A DNA stretch of 64,000 bases, taken from positions 32,989 to 96,988 of the IMG/VR virus record IMGVR_UViG_3300027733_000040; one strand, 5' to 3'. The position numbers and the translations under genes are program-made. Shown in pieces: positions 36,947 to 48,006 of this stretch; the first letter of the stretch is position 1; each line of letters opens with the position of its first letter. Below the pieces are notes generated by a model that saw only the letters and a list, made by a program, of their open reading frames with translations, searched no databases and was not told the origin of the DNA. Source of the stretch: a virus.

Positions 36947-37996
36947 GTGAATATGAAAAAGTGGGATCTTCCAGCTGAAAAGATTATTGAATATATTAAA
37001 AAGAATCATGTCTACAAGGTTAGACGGGAAGGCGAAGAATACATAATATGTAATCCTCTGAACGACGATATCGGTTTTCATTTTAACATAAATCCGAAAA
37101 AAGGCATATGTCACGATTGGCGCGGAGATGAAACTTGGGCCGGACAAGCTAATCCTAAGAGCGGCAAACGGAACGTCTCGTTTTTAAATTTTATAAGACT
37201 TGTTAGACATTGCAGTTTCGAAGAAGCATATCGGCTAATTGCTGGGATTAGGCCAGGCTTATCGGCCGTCGAACCGTCAGGCCATGAAGTAATAGAAGAC
37301 CAAATACAATTGCCAACCGGATCATCGCTTATAAATGAACATGGCTCTACATTGATGACATCTATCTTGATGTGGCTGATCAGAAGAGGGTATAATCAAG
37401 AAGACGTAGAGCATCAAGCTTTGCATCACTGCGGTAACGACGTGGTTTGGCCATACTTCGAATTTGGCGAAATGGTGTATTGGCAATCGCGATCTTTTAT
37501 TAATAAAACATTTCGCTTTCCAGATCGTAATATTTATAAAGAAGGAAAAGTAGTTGGAGTTAATAATGTTTCGAAGGGTGATTTTCTATTTGGATTCGAT
37601 GATGTGGCTCACAATGGCCGCTGTTTTATCACGGAATCGATATTTGATAAGAACAGTATTGGTCTCGGTGCTATAGCTAGCGGCGGAGCGGCTTTGACTG
37701 ACAATCAGTGCAAGAAGCTAAGGCTGACAGGTGCTAAAGAGGTATTCTTGACGCCCGATAATGACAAGGCTGGTTTGCAAAGCATAGTCCAGAATTATAA
37801 TAAAATAAGACCATATGTGAATGATATATATTATGTGGTGCCGCCTAAGATCTATAATGGAAAAAATATTAAGGATTGGAACGAGTTAATTACAGAGGCA
37901 GGTCTAAGGCGGGAAGACATTATAAAATATATTGACAATAATTTAGTGAAAATCGATGAAAACGCATTGATTAGACTAAAGATAAAGGCTCGATAA
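36947..37996 (+). CDS. DNA primase (DnaG/gp61-like)
   Basis: N-terminal zinc-ribbon-like region, YWQSR, TOPRIM ITESIFD and PDNDKAG, KDWNE. Confidence 0.8.
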   Translation: MNMKKWDLPAEKIIEYIKKNHVYKVRREGEEYIICNPLNDDIGFHFNINPKKGICHDWRGDETWAGQANPKSGKRNVSFLNFIRLVRHCSFEEAYRLIAGIRPGLSAVEPSGHEVIEDQIQLPTGSSLINEHGSTLMTSILMWLIRRGYNQEDVEHQALHHCGNDVVWPYFEFGEMVYWQSRSFINKTFRFPDRNIYKEGKVVGVNNVSKGDFLFGFDDVAHNGRCFITESIFDKNSIGLGAIASGGAALTDNQCKKLRLTGAKEVFLTPDNDKAGLQSIVQNYNKIRPYVNDIYYVVPPKIYNGKNIKDWNELITEAGLRREDIIKYIDNNLVKIDENALIRLKIKAR

Positions 37997-39339
37997 TGGC
38001 ATTTACTCCGAAAATGGCCGGTATAGTTGTACTTGATTTAACTATACCGCCATATGTTAATGAGAATATAGGTCTTGCAGTAGTAGAATTATTCTTTTCT
38101 GGGGCCTATAATGGCGGTCTACAGTTACGTTTTTCTATTTATGACACAAACTTAGAGCGCTGGGATGCTTTTTATAAAAACGTCTGGTATCCTAAAAAGT
38201 TAAAAGAAGAGATTAAAGTACATTTTAAAATAGCATATGCGCAGGGTGTATATCCCGAAACTTCGACTCGTAAGATTCAATTATTATTGACTAAAGCTAA
38301 TATCAGATCGCGCGGTGGCTTTGGAGGGATAGTTATCGATTTTGAAGCTATCACCACAGCCGACTATCAGTTGGCATATGCTAGCGCTAGCGGACAAGCA
38401 TATAAGGGTAAGATATCGAAAGTCATAGAAAAGGTAATTTCTGAAAACACTTCGACGCCTTTCAAAGTAACACCGACGCTTGATAACGATGAGAATTATT
38501 GGTATATGATGCGACAGCGCCCGCCGCGATTCATCAGGCAATTGATGGAAATGGGCACTATGTTTACTAAAACCAAAACGCAAATGGTGTATGGGGTTAA
38601 AGAATACGCTCCTGTTGAAGGCATACAGCCTTTGATTAATATCTGTCCACAGGGAGAATTTAAGCCTAAACCTTTAGGGATTTATAAGAATGCAGATATT
38701 TTTGAATTATATGCTATCGGTAATGAAGATTTTATAGCGATGATTAATAAATTAGCAAGTAGTGGGATTAGTACTACTACTGGAGAATATATAGATATAA
38801 AGAGTGATCCTAAGGAATTATATTGTATTGTCAAAGACATAAATACTGCTTCTAAAATCACTGCCGGCTATCCTACACGACACGGGCCAGTTAAGCAGAA
38901 TGATGCTGTTGGCTTTTTAAAAGGCACTTCAGCTAGTAGAACACCGCCAGAGCTTTTTAACGATGGTTCAACAGGTTTTATGTATAGGGATTATATCAGA
39001 AATAGATCAACTAATCTTTATTTAAACGGAACGTATAATCTAATCCATGCCAGGTTCGATTTTCCTGGAGCAGGATTGATCGATAACACTATCGGTCTGG
39101 GTGTTGATACTATTTACATTGAATATATAAGGCCCGACGATTCTTCTGGAACAAAACCGACAGACCCTGTCTTAGAAGATGGGGACGGCTCTAACCAATT
39201 TCATAATTGGACTGGTAATTGGACACTTATGGGATTTGAACACCGTTGGAATATAGATACTAAAGAGTGGAGGACCATTTTTGATGTCTGTCGGTTCAAC
39301 ACAGACACGGCTTCCGTTAGATTCTCAGCTAAAGAATAA
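37996..39339 (+). CDS. putative baseplate hub protein (gp27/gpD-like)
   Basis: YKGKISKVIEKV..MRQRP..FIRQL; C-terminal GNWTLMGFEHRW; position before the tape measure. Confidence 0.55.
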   Translation: MAFTPKMAGIVVLDLTIPPYVNENIGLAVVELFFSGAYNGGLQLRFSIYDTNLERWDAFYKNVWYPKKLKEEIKVHFKIAYAQGVYPETSTRKIQLLLTKANIRSRGGFGGIVIDFEAITTADYQLAYASASGQAYKGKISKVIEKVISENTSTPFKVTPTLDNDENYWYMMRQRPPRFIRQLMEMGTMFTKTKTQMVYGVKEYAPVEGIQPLINICPQGEFKPKPLGIYKNADIFELYAIGNEDFIAMINKLASSGISTTTGEYIDIKSDPKELYCIVKDINTASKITAGYPTRHGPVKQNDAVGFLKGTSASRTPPELFNDGSTGFMYRDYIRNRSTNLYLNGTYNLIHARFDFPGAGLIDNTIGLGVDTIYIEYIRPDDSSGTKPTDPVLEDGDGSNQFHNWTGNWTLMGFEHRWNIDTKEWRTIFDVCRFNTDTASVRFSAKE

Positions 39340-39384
39340 TATTCCCCATCGAATATATAGTATATAAGACCGGAGGCGTTATAA

Positions 39385-42300
39385 ATGGCTGTAGATCCCG
39401 CTGTATTAGGTTTAAGCATAGAATTACAGATGAATACTATGTTAGCCGAAAAGGCTTTGGGATCATTATCTAATGATGTTCTTAAGCTTTCAAGCGATAT
39501 AGATAAGCAACTTAATGCAGCTTTAAATAGTACCAAATCAGTATTTGAAGCAATCGGCAGCAGCAGCGCCACCATAAAGTCCGATTTCAAGGATATTTTT
39601 ACTAGCGCCAAATCTTTCGCCGATGCTGTAGCGACCACAGCCGATAGTAATAAAGGGCTATCTGATACCTTTGATAGTATAAATAATGCTTATACTGACA
39701 TATCGGCAAATGTCGGTGAGATTAATACACTAACTGAGACTATGAAAACATCTTTGAGCGGTGCGCTCGTATCATCGACTAAATTATCAGAAGATTTTAC
39801 TAATATAGAATTAAAGTCTAAAAATCTTGGTGGTAATGTCGCTTCATTATCCGACGCCTTAAACACAGCCGTGGTCGGAAGTAAAGTGTTAGCCGATATT
39901 AACATTAGCTTTGATACTTTTATAAAGAATATCGATTCTATTAAAGAAAAATCGGATAAGATGTATACCGGGTTCGATGAATATTATATCAAATTCGATA
40001 AATACAATAAAGAATACAAATTATACGAAGAAGCTGTGGCAAAGATCGAACTCGCCACTAAGACTTCTGCAGATTCTTATAAGCTAATATCTATAGCAAT
40101 GGCGGCGATACAGAGATCATCTATAAATATTAGAAATTCTACGAGCGCAACCGGTCAGTATACTGAAGCTGAATTAGGTCTTTTAGAAGACCACCTGAAG
40201 ATCGTTAACCAGATAACAACAGCTATTGACACAAAGAATGAATCACATGCCGCTGAAGCTGCTGCAGTCGAGACTGAAGGCGAGCTTGTCCAGCAATTAA
40301 GAAGACAAATAAAGGAACTTAACAAGGAGATCGAAGAAAATAAAACATCGACACAGATGTTGGCATATATCTGGGGCAAAGTAGTAAGTGAAGCCAAAAA
40401 GATAGATGGAATAGCAGAAAATTTTAGAGAATCAACTTATAGATCAGTAGGTTCGATGTATGAATTAGCTAATATTTCGGCACAAGTTTCACTATCGAGT
40501 GGCATAGCAGCAGAACAATCTGCTAAGATGGTTAAGGAGCTAATCAATGTCAAAACAGGAAAGAAAGATTTAGTCGAGTTGGCCACCACCATGGTTCAGC
40601 TAGAAAAGATGACAGGACTGTCTGGTAAGTCCTTGGCCAGTGCTTCAAGAACGTTAAAGAATATGGGCTACAATGTTAATGAAACCAAGGAAATGATGTT
40701 TGGCCTAGCTGATTCGATGGCTAAATTCGGTTTAGAAGGGCAGGATGTCCAAGTAATTGTAGATCTTATGCAACAGAGATTTCTCCTGCTGGGCAATAAA
40801 CTAGACAAAGAAGTCACGGCTTCTGTTAATAGAGCCACTTCTGCTCAATTAGCTATGGCTAAATCGTTAGGCGTTAGTTCAGATGCTGTAAAAAAGATGA
40901 ACAGTACGGCTTTTGACGATATTATCAGGCTAGAAGCTTTATCTGGTGTTGCTATCCAGACCCCTAAAGATATAGGCAAGGCTAATATCGCGATGGCTAC
41001 ACAAGTATCGCAAGCTTTTAATGATATAGGCGACGATCTGCAGGCTAATTCCATTCTTATGGAGCAATATAAAAGCCAAGGATTTACCGAGGAACAAGTT
41101 GCCATATATAGGAAAATGGCAGAGGAGATGAAAGCTGGCGGCATAGATCCGAATTCTATCGAAGCTGTAGAATTACTAAATAAAAGGATGGAAGATTCTA
41201 AATCGATTGGCGATAAGTTTAATGCCTCCATGGGCACATTGTCTAGCCAATTAAGCATTCTAGCTGGCCGAGGCGGTGCTCTGATCATAATGTTCATAAA
41301 ACCTTTTTTTGAATTCGTGACAATGCTTGTTACTGCATTAAATAATGTCATAGAATTCGTTATTTATTTGGGTGCTAAATTAGGCGAATTTTCTAATTAT
41401 ATTGGGAGCATTATACCATTTTGGAATCTGCTTGTCGCAGGATTTCAGTGGGGCGTTTACATCTTTAGTATATTAGTGGTTGGCGCGATTCTCTTAGGCG
41501 CATCTCTTGCGGCTTTAATGGGCCCTATTGTTTCTATAATCGTGTGGCTATACTCTGCTGCTACTACTGTCGGATTCTTTAGTAATGCTGTGACTGCAGC
41601 TACTACTAGGATTACGACTTTCATTCAGAGCATGGTTGGCTCTGTGGGTTCGATGTTATCTTCTTTGGCCACTAGCGTTGGCCAAGCATTTAATACCTTT
41701 GTTGGGTATATTTCAAGCGGTATAGATAAATTGGCCAGCGTTGCAAAAACAGCAGCTGTGCCTATTCTTATTCTCTCTGTCGCTTTGCTTATAACTGCTG
41801 GTGCTATGTGGGTTATGGCCCAAGCTTTAGTTGTTGTTGCAGGTGTAGATTATGGTAAGATCGTTGTCGGCGGTTTGTTTTTCGCTGTAATGTTGGGTAT
41901 TTTAGGCACCGTTCTTTATTATGTGATCCCAGCACTAACCATGGGAGCCCCTGTACTGCTGGCTTTCGCCGTGGTCGTTCTTGCGTTTGGCGTCGCTGCT
42001 ATACTAGCAGCTGTCGGGATTTATATTATGGCACAAGCATTCTTGCTGGTAGCATCTGTGCTGACACCTACTTTAGCTCTTAGTGTTGCGCTTTTGGCGG
42101 TTTCCTTATATCTTTTGGCTACGGCTATGGTGGTGTTTATACCAGCTGCTATTCCATTTGGCGTTGCTATATTGATATTGTCTGCAGCCTTTTTCATATT
42201 CGCCGTGGCTTGTGTTGTTTTAGCTGCAGCTACGATCTTACTGGCCTATGGGCTTTCGATGATAGCTGCGGCGATGCAACCAGGCCTCGCTGCTCAGATG

Positions 42301-44064
42301 CAAGAATTTGGCGTTGGATTAGCAGCTTTTGCTTGGGAGGTCGGTTTTACTGGTGCTTTAAGATTAGCAGCAATAGGCGTTGCTTTGTTGCCGCTAGCGT
42401 TGGGCGTAATGATGATCGGTGCTGCTTTTGCTCTAGGCGGCGCTAGCATGGGTGATAATTTCAAAGCGTTGGCTGCTGGTATAAGTTCATTGTCTACTAT
42501 CGACCCTAAAGCGATCAGTGTTTTAACTCTTCTGGCCGGCCCTTTAACCATGTTTTCTATGGGTGTTGCCGCTATTTCTCAAGCTCTTAGTGGTGCTGGG
42601 GCTGATTTTGCGGCGAATTTTACAAGCGTTGCAACAGGCATATCGGCTTTACTTAAAGCTATGGGTGCGATCGATCCAGCTTCGATCGACTTGCTATCGA
42701 CTATATCTATTCCATTACAAGAGTTCGGTGCTGGCGTTGCTGGTTTAGTAGCATTAATGGCAGGCATCGATCCGGCTGCTTTGGCTGTTTTTGCTGTCAC
42801 AGCCACCACGATAGCCGCAGGCGTTAATGCGTTGGCAAGCATAGATACAGCTAAGGTAGTCGCTCTTGGCGAAATAGCTGATCCATTAGATGCATTTTCA
42901 CAGGCCATTCAATCTCTTAGCGCTACTTTCATGAGTTTAGATTTAGCTTTCTTAGACACTGCCAAGGCTGCTGTGATTGGTCTAAAAGAAGTCGCTGAAA
43001 TTCTAGCTACGGCATCACAGCCACTTGTGACGGGCGCCTTTGGTTTACTGGTCGGCGCGATGATATTAAACTATGCTGTGATGGTAGTCGCTGCTGGGAT
43101 TGACGCATTAACGGCTGCTACTGTAGCTTTAGCTAGTATCTCCCCGATTCTGCTACAAGCCTCTGGCGAAATTCTTTCATCTGGTATGAATTTATGGTAT
43201 GGTGCTAGTGCCTTACTACGTGGTGCTTATTTACTTCTAGGCACGGCTCCTATTCTGATTTTCGCATCTGCTCTGATAGCTGCTTCCACAGGTGTCCTTC
43301 TCGCTGCGTCATTTGTCTTAGTGATATTTTCCACCGCTTTAATGTATGCTGGAACGGCAGCCTTAATAGGTGCTACTGCGCTTTTGGCAGCATCTGGAAT
43401 GTTGCTTGCTTCTGCTGTCTTATTGCTAATAACTGGACCATTATTGCTAGCGGCGATTCTTCAATTATGGGTGACGGTACCAATTATAACTTGGATAGCA
43501 TACGGTATGATGGCTGCTGGAGCAATTTTATTTTCAGGTGCGATGAGCATCTATTTTGCGTCAGTATTCTTGGGTGTGGCTGTTAACAAAATTGCAGACT
43601 ACGCTCAGATTTTAAATGAATTCGCAGATCCATTAGAGCGGCTTGCTGCATCGTTTGGTGGATTAGCAGCCTCTATGATGCTTATAAAGGATGCTGTATC
43701 CGGCCTCTCTGCCTTACCGCTTGCAGCTATTATCGAAGCATTCCAGAAGTTTTCGCCGACTGATGAGGCCTTAGAGAAGGTCAAAAGCTTATCACTTGCT
43801 TTAGAGAAGATAGGCATGGAATATTCTAAGGCAATCAGTGATGAGACGAAGATTGCTTCAGAATTGACCTCTGGAAAGCCTACGACCTTAACCAATCCAG
43901 CTGTAGAAAACGAGGAAGACCCAGTTATTAAGACCAATGAACTATTGGGCGATTCTAAAGACACACTTGATAAAATTCTTGAAGCACTAAAACCCAAAGA
44001 TCAGAGGAATGCAACTAATTTTGGGATTAGTCTCTTCGGTTCACCGAGAGGATTTGAAATATAA
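39385..44064 (+). CDS. tape measure protein
   Basis: 1559 aa, helical and Ala/Leu-rich with a long hydrophobic repeat region; lies between hub and baseplate genes; GGAGG RBS. Confidence 0.85.
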   Translation: MAVDPAVLGLSIELQMNTMLAEKALGSLSNDVLKLSSDIDKQLNAALNSTKSVFEAIGSSSATIKSDFKDIFTSAKSFADAVATTADSNKGLSDTFDSINNAYTDISANVGEINTLTETMKTSLSGALVSSTKLSEDFTNIELKSKNLGGNVASLSDALNTAVVGSKVLADINISFDTFIKNIDSIKEKSDKMYTGFDEYYIKFDKYNKEYKLYEEAVAKIELATKTSADSYKLISIAMAAIQRSSINIRNSTSATGQYTEAELGLLEDHLKIVNQITTAIDTKNESHAAEAAAVETEGELVQQLRRQIKELNKEIEENKTSTQMLAYIWGKVVSEAKKIDGIAENFRESTYRSVGSMYELANISAQVSLSSGIAAEQSAKMVKELINVKTGKKDLVELATTMVQLEKMTGLSGKSLASASRTLKNMGYNVNETKEMMFGLADSMAKFGLEGQDVQVIVDLMQQRFLLLGNKLDKEVTASVNRATSAQLAMAKSLGVSSDAVKKMNSTAFDDIIRLEALSGVAIQTPKDIGKANIAMATQVSQAFNDIGDDLQANSILMEQYKSQGFTEEQVAIYRKMAEEMKAGGIDPNSIEAVELLNKRMEDSKSIGDKFNASMGTLSSQLSILAGRGGALIIMFIKPFFEFVTMLVTALNNVIEFVIYLGAKLGEFSNYIGSIIPFWNLLVAGFQWGVYIFSILVVGAILLGASLAALMGPIVSIIVWLYSAATTVGFFSNAVTAATTRITTFIQSMVGSVGSMLSSLATSVGQAFNTFVGYISSGIDKLASVAKTAAVPILILSVALLITAGAMWVMAQALVVVAGVDYGKIVVGGLFFAVMLGILGTVLYYVIPALTMGAPVLLAFAVVVLAFGVAAILAAVGIYIMAQAFLLVASVLTPTLALSVALLAVSLYLLATAMVVFIPAAIPFGVAILILSAAFFIFAVACVVLAAATILLAYGLSMIAAAMQPGLAAQMQEFGVGLAAFAWEVGFTGALRLAAIGVALLPLALGVMMIGAAFALGGASMGDNFKALAAGISSLSTIDPKAISVLTLLAGPLTMFSMGVAAISQALSGAGADFAANFTSVATGISALLKAMGAIDPASIDLLSTISIPLQEFGAGVAGLVALMAGIDPAALAVFAVTATTIAAGVNALASIDTAKVVALGEIADPLDAFSQAIQSLSATFMSLDLAFLDTAKAAVIGLKEVAEILATASQPLVTGAFGLLVGAMILNYAVMVVAAGIDALTAATVALASISPILLQASGEILSSGMNLWYGASALLRGAYLLLGTAPILIFASALIAASTGVLLAASFVLVIFSTALMYAGTAALIGATALLAASGMLLASAVLLLITGPLLLAAILQLWVTVPIITWIAYGMMAAGAILFSGAMSIYFASVFLGVAVNKIADYAQILNEFADPLERLAASFGGLAASMMLIKDAVSGLSALPLAAIIEAFQKFSPTDEALEKVKSLSLALEKIGMEYSKAISDETKIASELTSGKPTTLTNPAVENEEDPVIKTNELLGDSKDTLDKILEALKPKDQRNATNFGISLFGSPRGFEI

Positions 44065-44759
44065 TGGCTTTTCAATTAACGGAATCTGATCAGGTCATAG
44101 CCGAATCGTGTTCTTTAGTTTTCTATGGAAAAAGAACACCGCAGGGCACGCCGCAAATGATAAAGGACGCTATAAAGCAGCGCGTCGGCCAATGCAGTGG
44201 AACAGCAGTTAATTTTCAATTTCCACCACAGGTTACTTCTGATAATAAGTCTATGAATTGGGAATCGAAGGCGAATGCAACATTGCCGCCGATCGCTTAT
44301 GTCAAGAGCATAGATGCTAGAAAAATTTCATTATCTTGGACATATATTGTGACAGATGAATTGGGCAAAGGCTCGTGGGATGTCGACCATGTGGCTGGAG
44401 AAGTCAAGAAAATACGTGGTTATATTAATTCTGGTGTAGGCGCCGATGGAGCAGGTGCCACGATTAAGAATCTTAAGAGTGAGGATTTTATAATTTATTT
44501 TAAATATGGGTTATTTGGTGATGGCGGCGCAGCGTACGATGGCAATGTAAGTGATTGCTATACCTTTTACTGCGCAGCAATTGATGTTAAACATTCTGGG
44601 CCGATGATTTATGAGGGTTTTACAAATAAAGTATTTCCACTACGGTCTGATATTAACATGACTCTTATCGAGTGGACAAGCGGTAGAACAGCAGACACGA
44701 AAGATGTCTCGGCTAATATTCCGCTATTAGTTAAATATCCTACTAAGGGCTGGTTTTAG
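44064..44759 (+). CDS. tail tube initiator-like baseplate protein
   Basis: FQFPP..DNKSMNW..RKISLSW..P..INMTLIE; directly follows the TMP. Confidence 0.6.
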   Translation: MAFQLTESDQVIAESCSLVFYGKRTPQGTPQMIKDAIKQRVGQCSGTAVNFQFPPQVTSDNKSMNWESKANATLPPIAYVKSIDARKISLSWTYIVTDELGKGSWDVDHVAGEVKKIRGYINSGVGADGAGATIKNLKSEDFIIYFKYGLFGDGGAAYDGNVSDCYTFYCAAIDVKHSGPMIYEGFTNKVFPLRSDINMTLIEWTSGRTADTKDVSANIPLLVKYPTKGWF

Positions 44760-44771
44760 AAAGGGGTCAAG

Positions 44772-45089
44772 ATGGTATTTCCTTTAAGCCAAACTTCAAG
44801 ATATGTTCATACACCACTAATAACTTTCGATGGCAAAGAGACTTATGGAAAATGGGTAGAAATGGCCGTGTTTAAGACTAGACCTCCAGCCGACCAGATA
44901 ACTAAATATCAAGTCCCAGCGAGTTATGCAGGGAGGATTGATCTAGTAGCCTTGGAAGTATATAATGATGTCAATCTTGGTTGGGTTCTGGTAGCTTTTA
45001 ACAATGCTAGGGATGTGTTCGGTTGGCCTAAACCTCTAGATGTAATAGAATGTCCTAACCTATCATTAGTATTTAAGGAACTCTTGTGA
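44772..45089 (+). CDS. baseplate wedge protein (gp53/LysM-like)
   Basis: SRY..GRIDLVALEVYNDVNLGWVLVAFN. Confidence 0.75.
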   Translation: MVFPLSQTSRYVHTPLITFDGKETYGKWVEMAVFKTRPPADQITKYQVPASYAGRIDLVALEVYNDVNLGWVLVAFNNARDVFGWPKPLDVIECPNLSLVFKELL

Positions 45090-47281
45090 CGACCTATTTC
45101 GAAAGACTTTCTCAGGAGTTCGTTAAAGAAGACCAAATCGATCAAGAGCATCGTTTCGTTGGTCCGCATCGTGCGGTAGTTGTCGATACCGACGACCCGC
45201 TGGCGATGGGTAGAATAAAGTTTAAATGCCCAGACATTCATGATTACACTTTATTGCCTGTAGAGGCACCGTGGGCTATACCTGCTAATTTTATAGGCGG
45301 CAAATCTAGCGGCCATTTTGAAGTACCGTGTATTGGCGATTTTGTTTGGATAGAATTCGAAAAAAGCAATCCGTACGCACCTATTTGGCGTGGTTATGCG
45401 GCACCGACTCGGTTAAATTATTATCCGATACCGTTTGTGGCTCAGCGCACACCACCAGCGAATCTTGTAGAAAATATCGTTAACAAAAAACCAAATACTA
45501 ATAATAAGCTCCCAGATGTAATTGATTATGATGTAAAATATCTTCCTAAGGACGGGCGCCCGATGTCTCAGGGCGTTCAATCTAGGTATGGTAGTTTAAA
45601 TATAGATAGTTCTGTTGGTTACTACCCAATAGAGCATTTTATAGAGCCTGCTCCGTTGGGGCTCGATCCGATCCAACAAAAAAAGTTTGAAGCTCAGAAT
45701 GCAGTGCCCTTAGTTAATGAGCCAGATAAAAAATTCATAGCTAACATTACAAAATATGGTAACATGTTAATAATGAGTGATGTTGGTTATTGGTGGAATA
45801 ACGATCAAAAGATCATGCCTTATGTTACTAGAGGTGCTACCGGAGAGTTTAGTGGTGATTTTAAGCTAGATAGAATATATGAAGTTGATCGCTGGTTATA
45901 TAACCAAAAATTAATAAATGAAGACAGACCTGTGTCGTGGGGAAAGGGCGACAAGAATGTAGACCATAACGCTGATTTTGGCGACACTAGGCGGATGGAG
46001 ATGCTAACTAGGTATGGACATAAAATAGAGATGCGCGATGTCGGCTGGGCTCAGCCAGGAGAATTCGATGCACTTCATAAATTCGCGAGATCTTCAAAAT
46101 CACGGCTAGGTGAATACGCAAAAAAAGAATCTGATAGGCGATTCCTTTCAGTTAGCAAATTTTGGGACTTTCGATGGATTAAAATCCGGACAAAAGGCGG
46201 CATGTTGTTTCAAGCTTATGATCGTGGCAACGATCCTGAAAAAGATAAATTCGTTAAAAGACCATTATTGGAAGAGGCTGGGCATCGCACAGAAAGAGAA
46301 GACTTGTGGTGGTGGGATCGCGATGCTAGATGGATGAGGCTGGTCACGAGACATGGTTTTAAACTGGTCTTAGACGATCGCGGTACTAGTGAAACCGATG
46401 CTGATAAGGCAGAAACACCTAGAGGAAACGGTTTCATGGTAAAAGGGCGAAGAACGCCGGGCTCTGGAGGTAAAACGACAGAAAAGGGTAATCAACGCGG
46501 CTTTAACTTTGAATTTAATGAGAATGATTTGTTAAACAGGACCATGTGGGGATCGCCAGCTGGGCAAGCAATGGAGATCAATGATCGTTATCAATATATT
46601 ATGGTAGCGTCAACACTCGGGCCAGATTTTCAAGAAAAATTTCGCGGTGTAGAAGAAAACGAGTTTAATCGTAAACCAATAGCAATGGGTGATGCTGAGC
46701 TTAGAACTCACCATCTTAAAATCGATCTAGAAAATGAATATATTAGATTGAAGACTAGGGCTGGAAATGGCTTAGGACCATTAAATTCAAAAGGTTCAGC
46801 GGCTGGCGGCGGTATAAATGCTGGGTTTGAGGCCAGAGATGGCAATTCAGGCGGAGATGGGTCGTGGGTAGAGCTTGTAGATTCATCAGACCGCGGCCTA
46901 TGGTTATCAGAAAAGAATAAACTTGCAGCTTTGAGAGCTAGTCTAGGTGCTCCAATGTACCAGTACATCGATCAAAAGAATAACGTTGTTGCGGTATTTA
47001 ATGGTCAAGCTTCTGGGATCACTCAGATATATGCTAAAGGTAGTGTTAATATCATTTCAGACGGCGATATAAATCTGACTTCTGCTGGCAATATTAATAT
47101 GTGTGTGACAGGTTCAGATAGCTTTATTTATGTTAATAAAGCGATTAAAGTAAAATCTGACTTGCAACCGATAGCTAGAGCTGCTACTCCTGCTAAATTC
47201 GTACCGACTGATCGAGGTAAAACTTACAATGGGCCGCTTGAAGAGTGCCCCAAAAAGGAAGTGGAGCACACTTACACATAA
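45086..47281 (+). CDS. baseplate spike protein (gp5/VgrG OB-fold)
   Basis: AVVVDTDDPLAMGRIK..PWAIP..VPCIGDFVWIEFE..PIWRG. Confidence 0.8.
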   Translation: MTTYFERLSQEFVKEDQIDQEHRFVGPHRAVVVDTDDPLAMGRIKFKCPDIHDYTLLPVEAPWAIPANFIGGKSSGHFEVPCIGDFVWIEFEKSNPYAPIWRGYAAPTRLNYYPIPFVAQRTPPANLVENIVNKKPNTNNKLPDVIDYDVKYLPKDGRPMSQGVQSRYGSLNIDSSVGYYPIEHFIEPAPLGLDPIQQKKFEAQNAVPLVNEPDKKFIANITKYGNMLIMSDVGYWWNNDQKIMPYVTRGATGEFSGDFKLDRIYEVDRWLYNQKLINEDRPVSWGKGDKNVDHNADFGDTRRMEMLTRYGHKIEMRDVGWAQPGEFDALHKFARSSKSRLGEYAKKESDRRFLSVSKFWDFRWIKIRTKGGMLFQAYDRGNDPEKDKFVKRPLLEEAGHRTEREDLWWWDRDARWMRLVTRHGFKLVLDDRGTSETDADKAETPRGNGFMVKGRRTPGSGGKTTEKGNQRGFNFEFNENDLLNRTMWGSPAGQAMEINDRYQYIMVASTLGPDFQEKFRGVEENEFNRKPIAMGDAELRTHHLKIDLENEYIRLKTRAGNGLGPLNSKGSAAGGGINAGFEARDGNSGGDGSWVELVDSSDRGLWLSEKNKLAALRASLGAPMYQYIDQKNNVVAVFNGQASGITQIYAKGSVNIISDGDINLTSAGNINMCVTGSDSFIYVNKAIKVKSDLQPIARAATPAKFVPTDRGKTYNGPLEECPKKEVEHTYT

Positions 47282-48006
47282 TGATTATTAGATATCCAAC
47301 AGGGTTTTATTCGAACGTTCTACCTATGGAGCTGGCTCAAGCCGGTAATATTACCTTTACTGTTAGTGGCGGCAAGCCTCCGCGTGCTAGTCTTTTATTT
47401 CCTCAGATACCGACAGGTTTATTTTATAAAAAGAAAATCGGTCTTAACACTAATGATTATCTTACAGAGCCAGTATACTTCGTCAGTACTGCTAATTCCG
47501 ATACTATAAATGATAATCGATTGCAATATGAGATTGGTGAATTTATTGAAGTCGGTGTTCCTATACCCTATTCTAGCGATGTCTCGGAAATCGACGCCAT
47601 ATATTCTAGCGTTCATAATTTAAATTACCTTGATTACGCTGAAATGGGCCTGAATAATAATGAAATTAGCTCGATTAATGATAACAGCAAGAAAATATAT
47701 TTATCACTGAATAGCCAATTTAACGATTACAAGGCATTGCTAGTAACCCAAGATGTCGAGATAAACAGGTACCAGAAAACCATAAATGAGATAGAAAAAA
47801 CTTTATCAGCAGTCGAAACAATGATTAATAATTTATCGTCTGGCTCTGCAAGAGATGAATTGATAAAGACAAAGGATAGTCTATATTTAAATCTCGACAT
47901 AAATCAAAGCGGTCAAAATCGGATGCTTGTTGCCAGAGATGAAAATAGAAAGAATATGACGACCATACTTGATGAATTAAGAAAGTTAGCAATGGTGGTA
48001 AAATAA
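47281..48006 (+). CDS. hypothetical baseplate-region protein
   Basis: TAATG coupling at both ends; C-terminal coiled coil. Confidence 0.65.
   Translation: MIIRYPTGFYSNVLPMELAQAGNITFTVSGGKPPRASLLFPQIPTGLFYKKKIGLNTNDYLTEPVYFVSTANSDTINDNRLQYEIGEFIEVGVPIPYSSDVSEIDAIYSSVHNLNYLDYAEMGLNNNEISSINDNSKKIYLSLNSQFNDYKALLVTQDVEINRYQKTINEIEKTLSAVETMINNLSSGSARDELIKTKDSLYLNLDINQSGQNRMLVARDENRKNMTTILDELRKLAMVVK

Noticed and set aside
39201-43997. Antisense ORFs over the tape measure gene (and similar ones over other long genes)
   Set aside because: These are shadow ORFs from codon bias, with no motifs or RBS.
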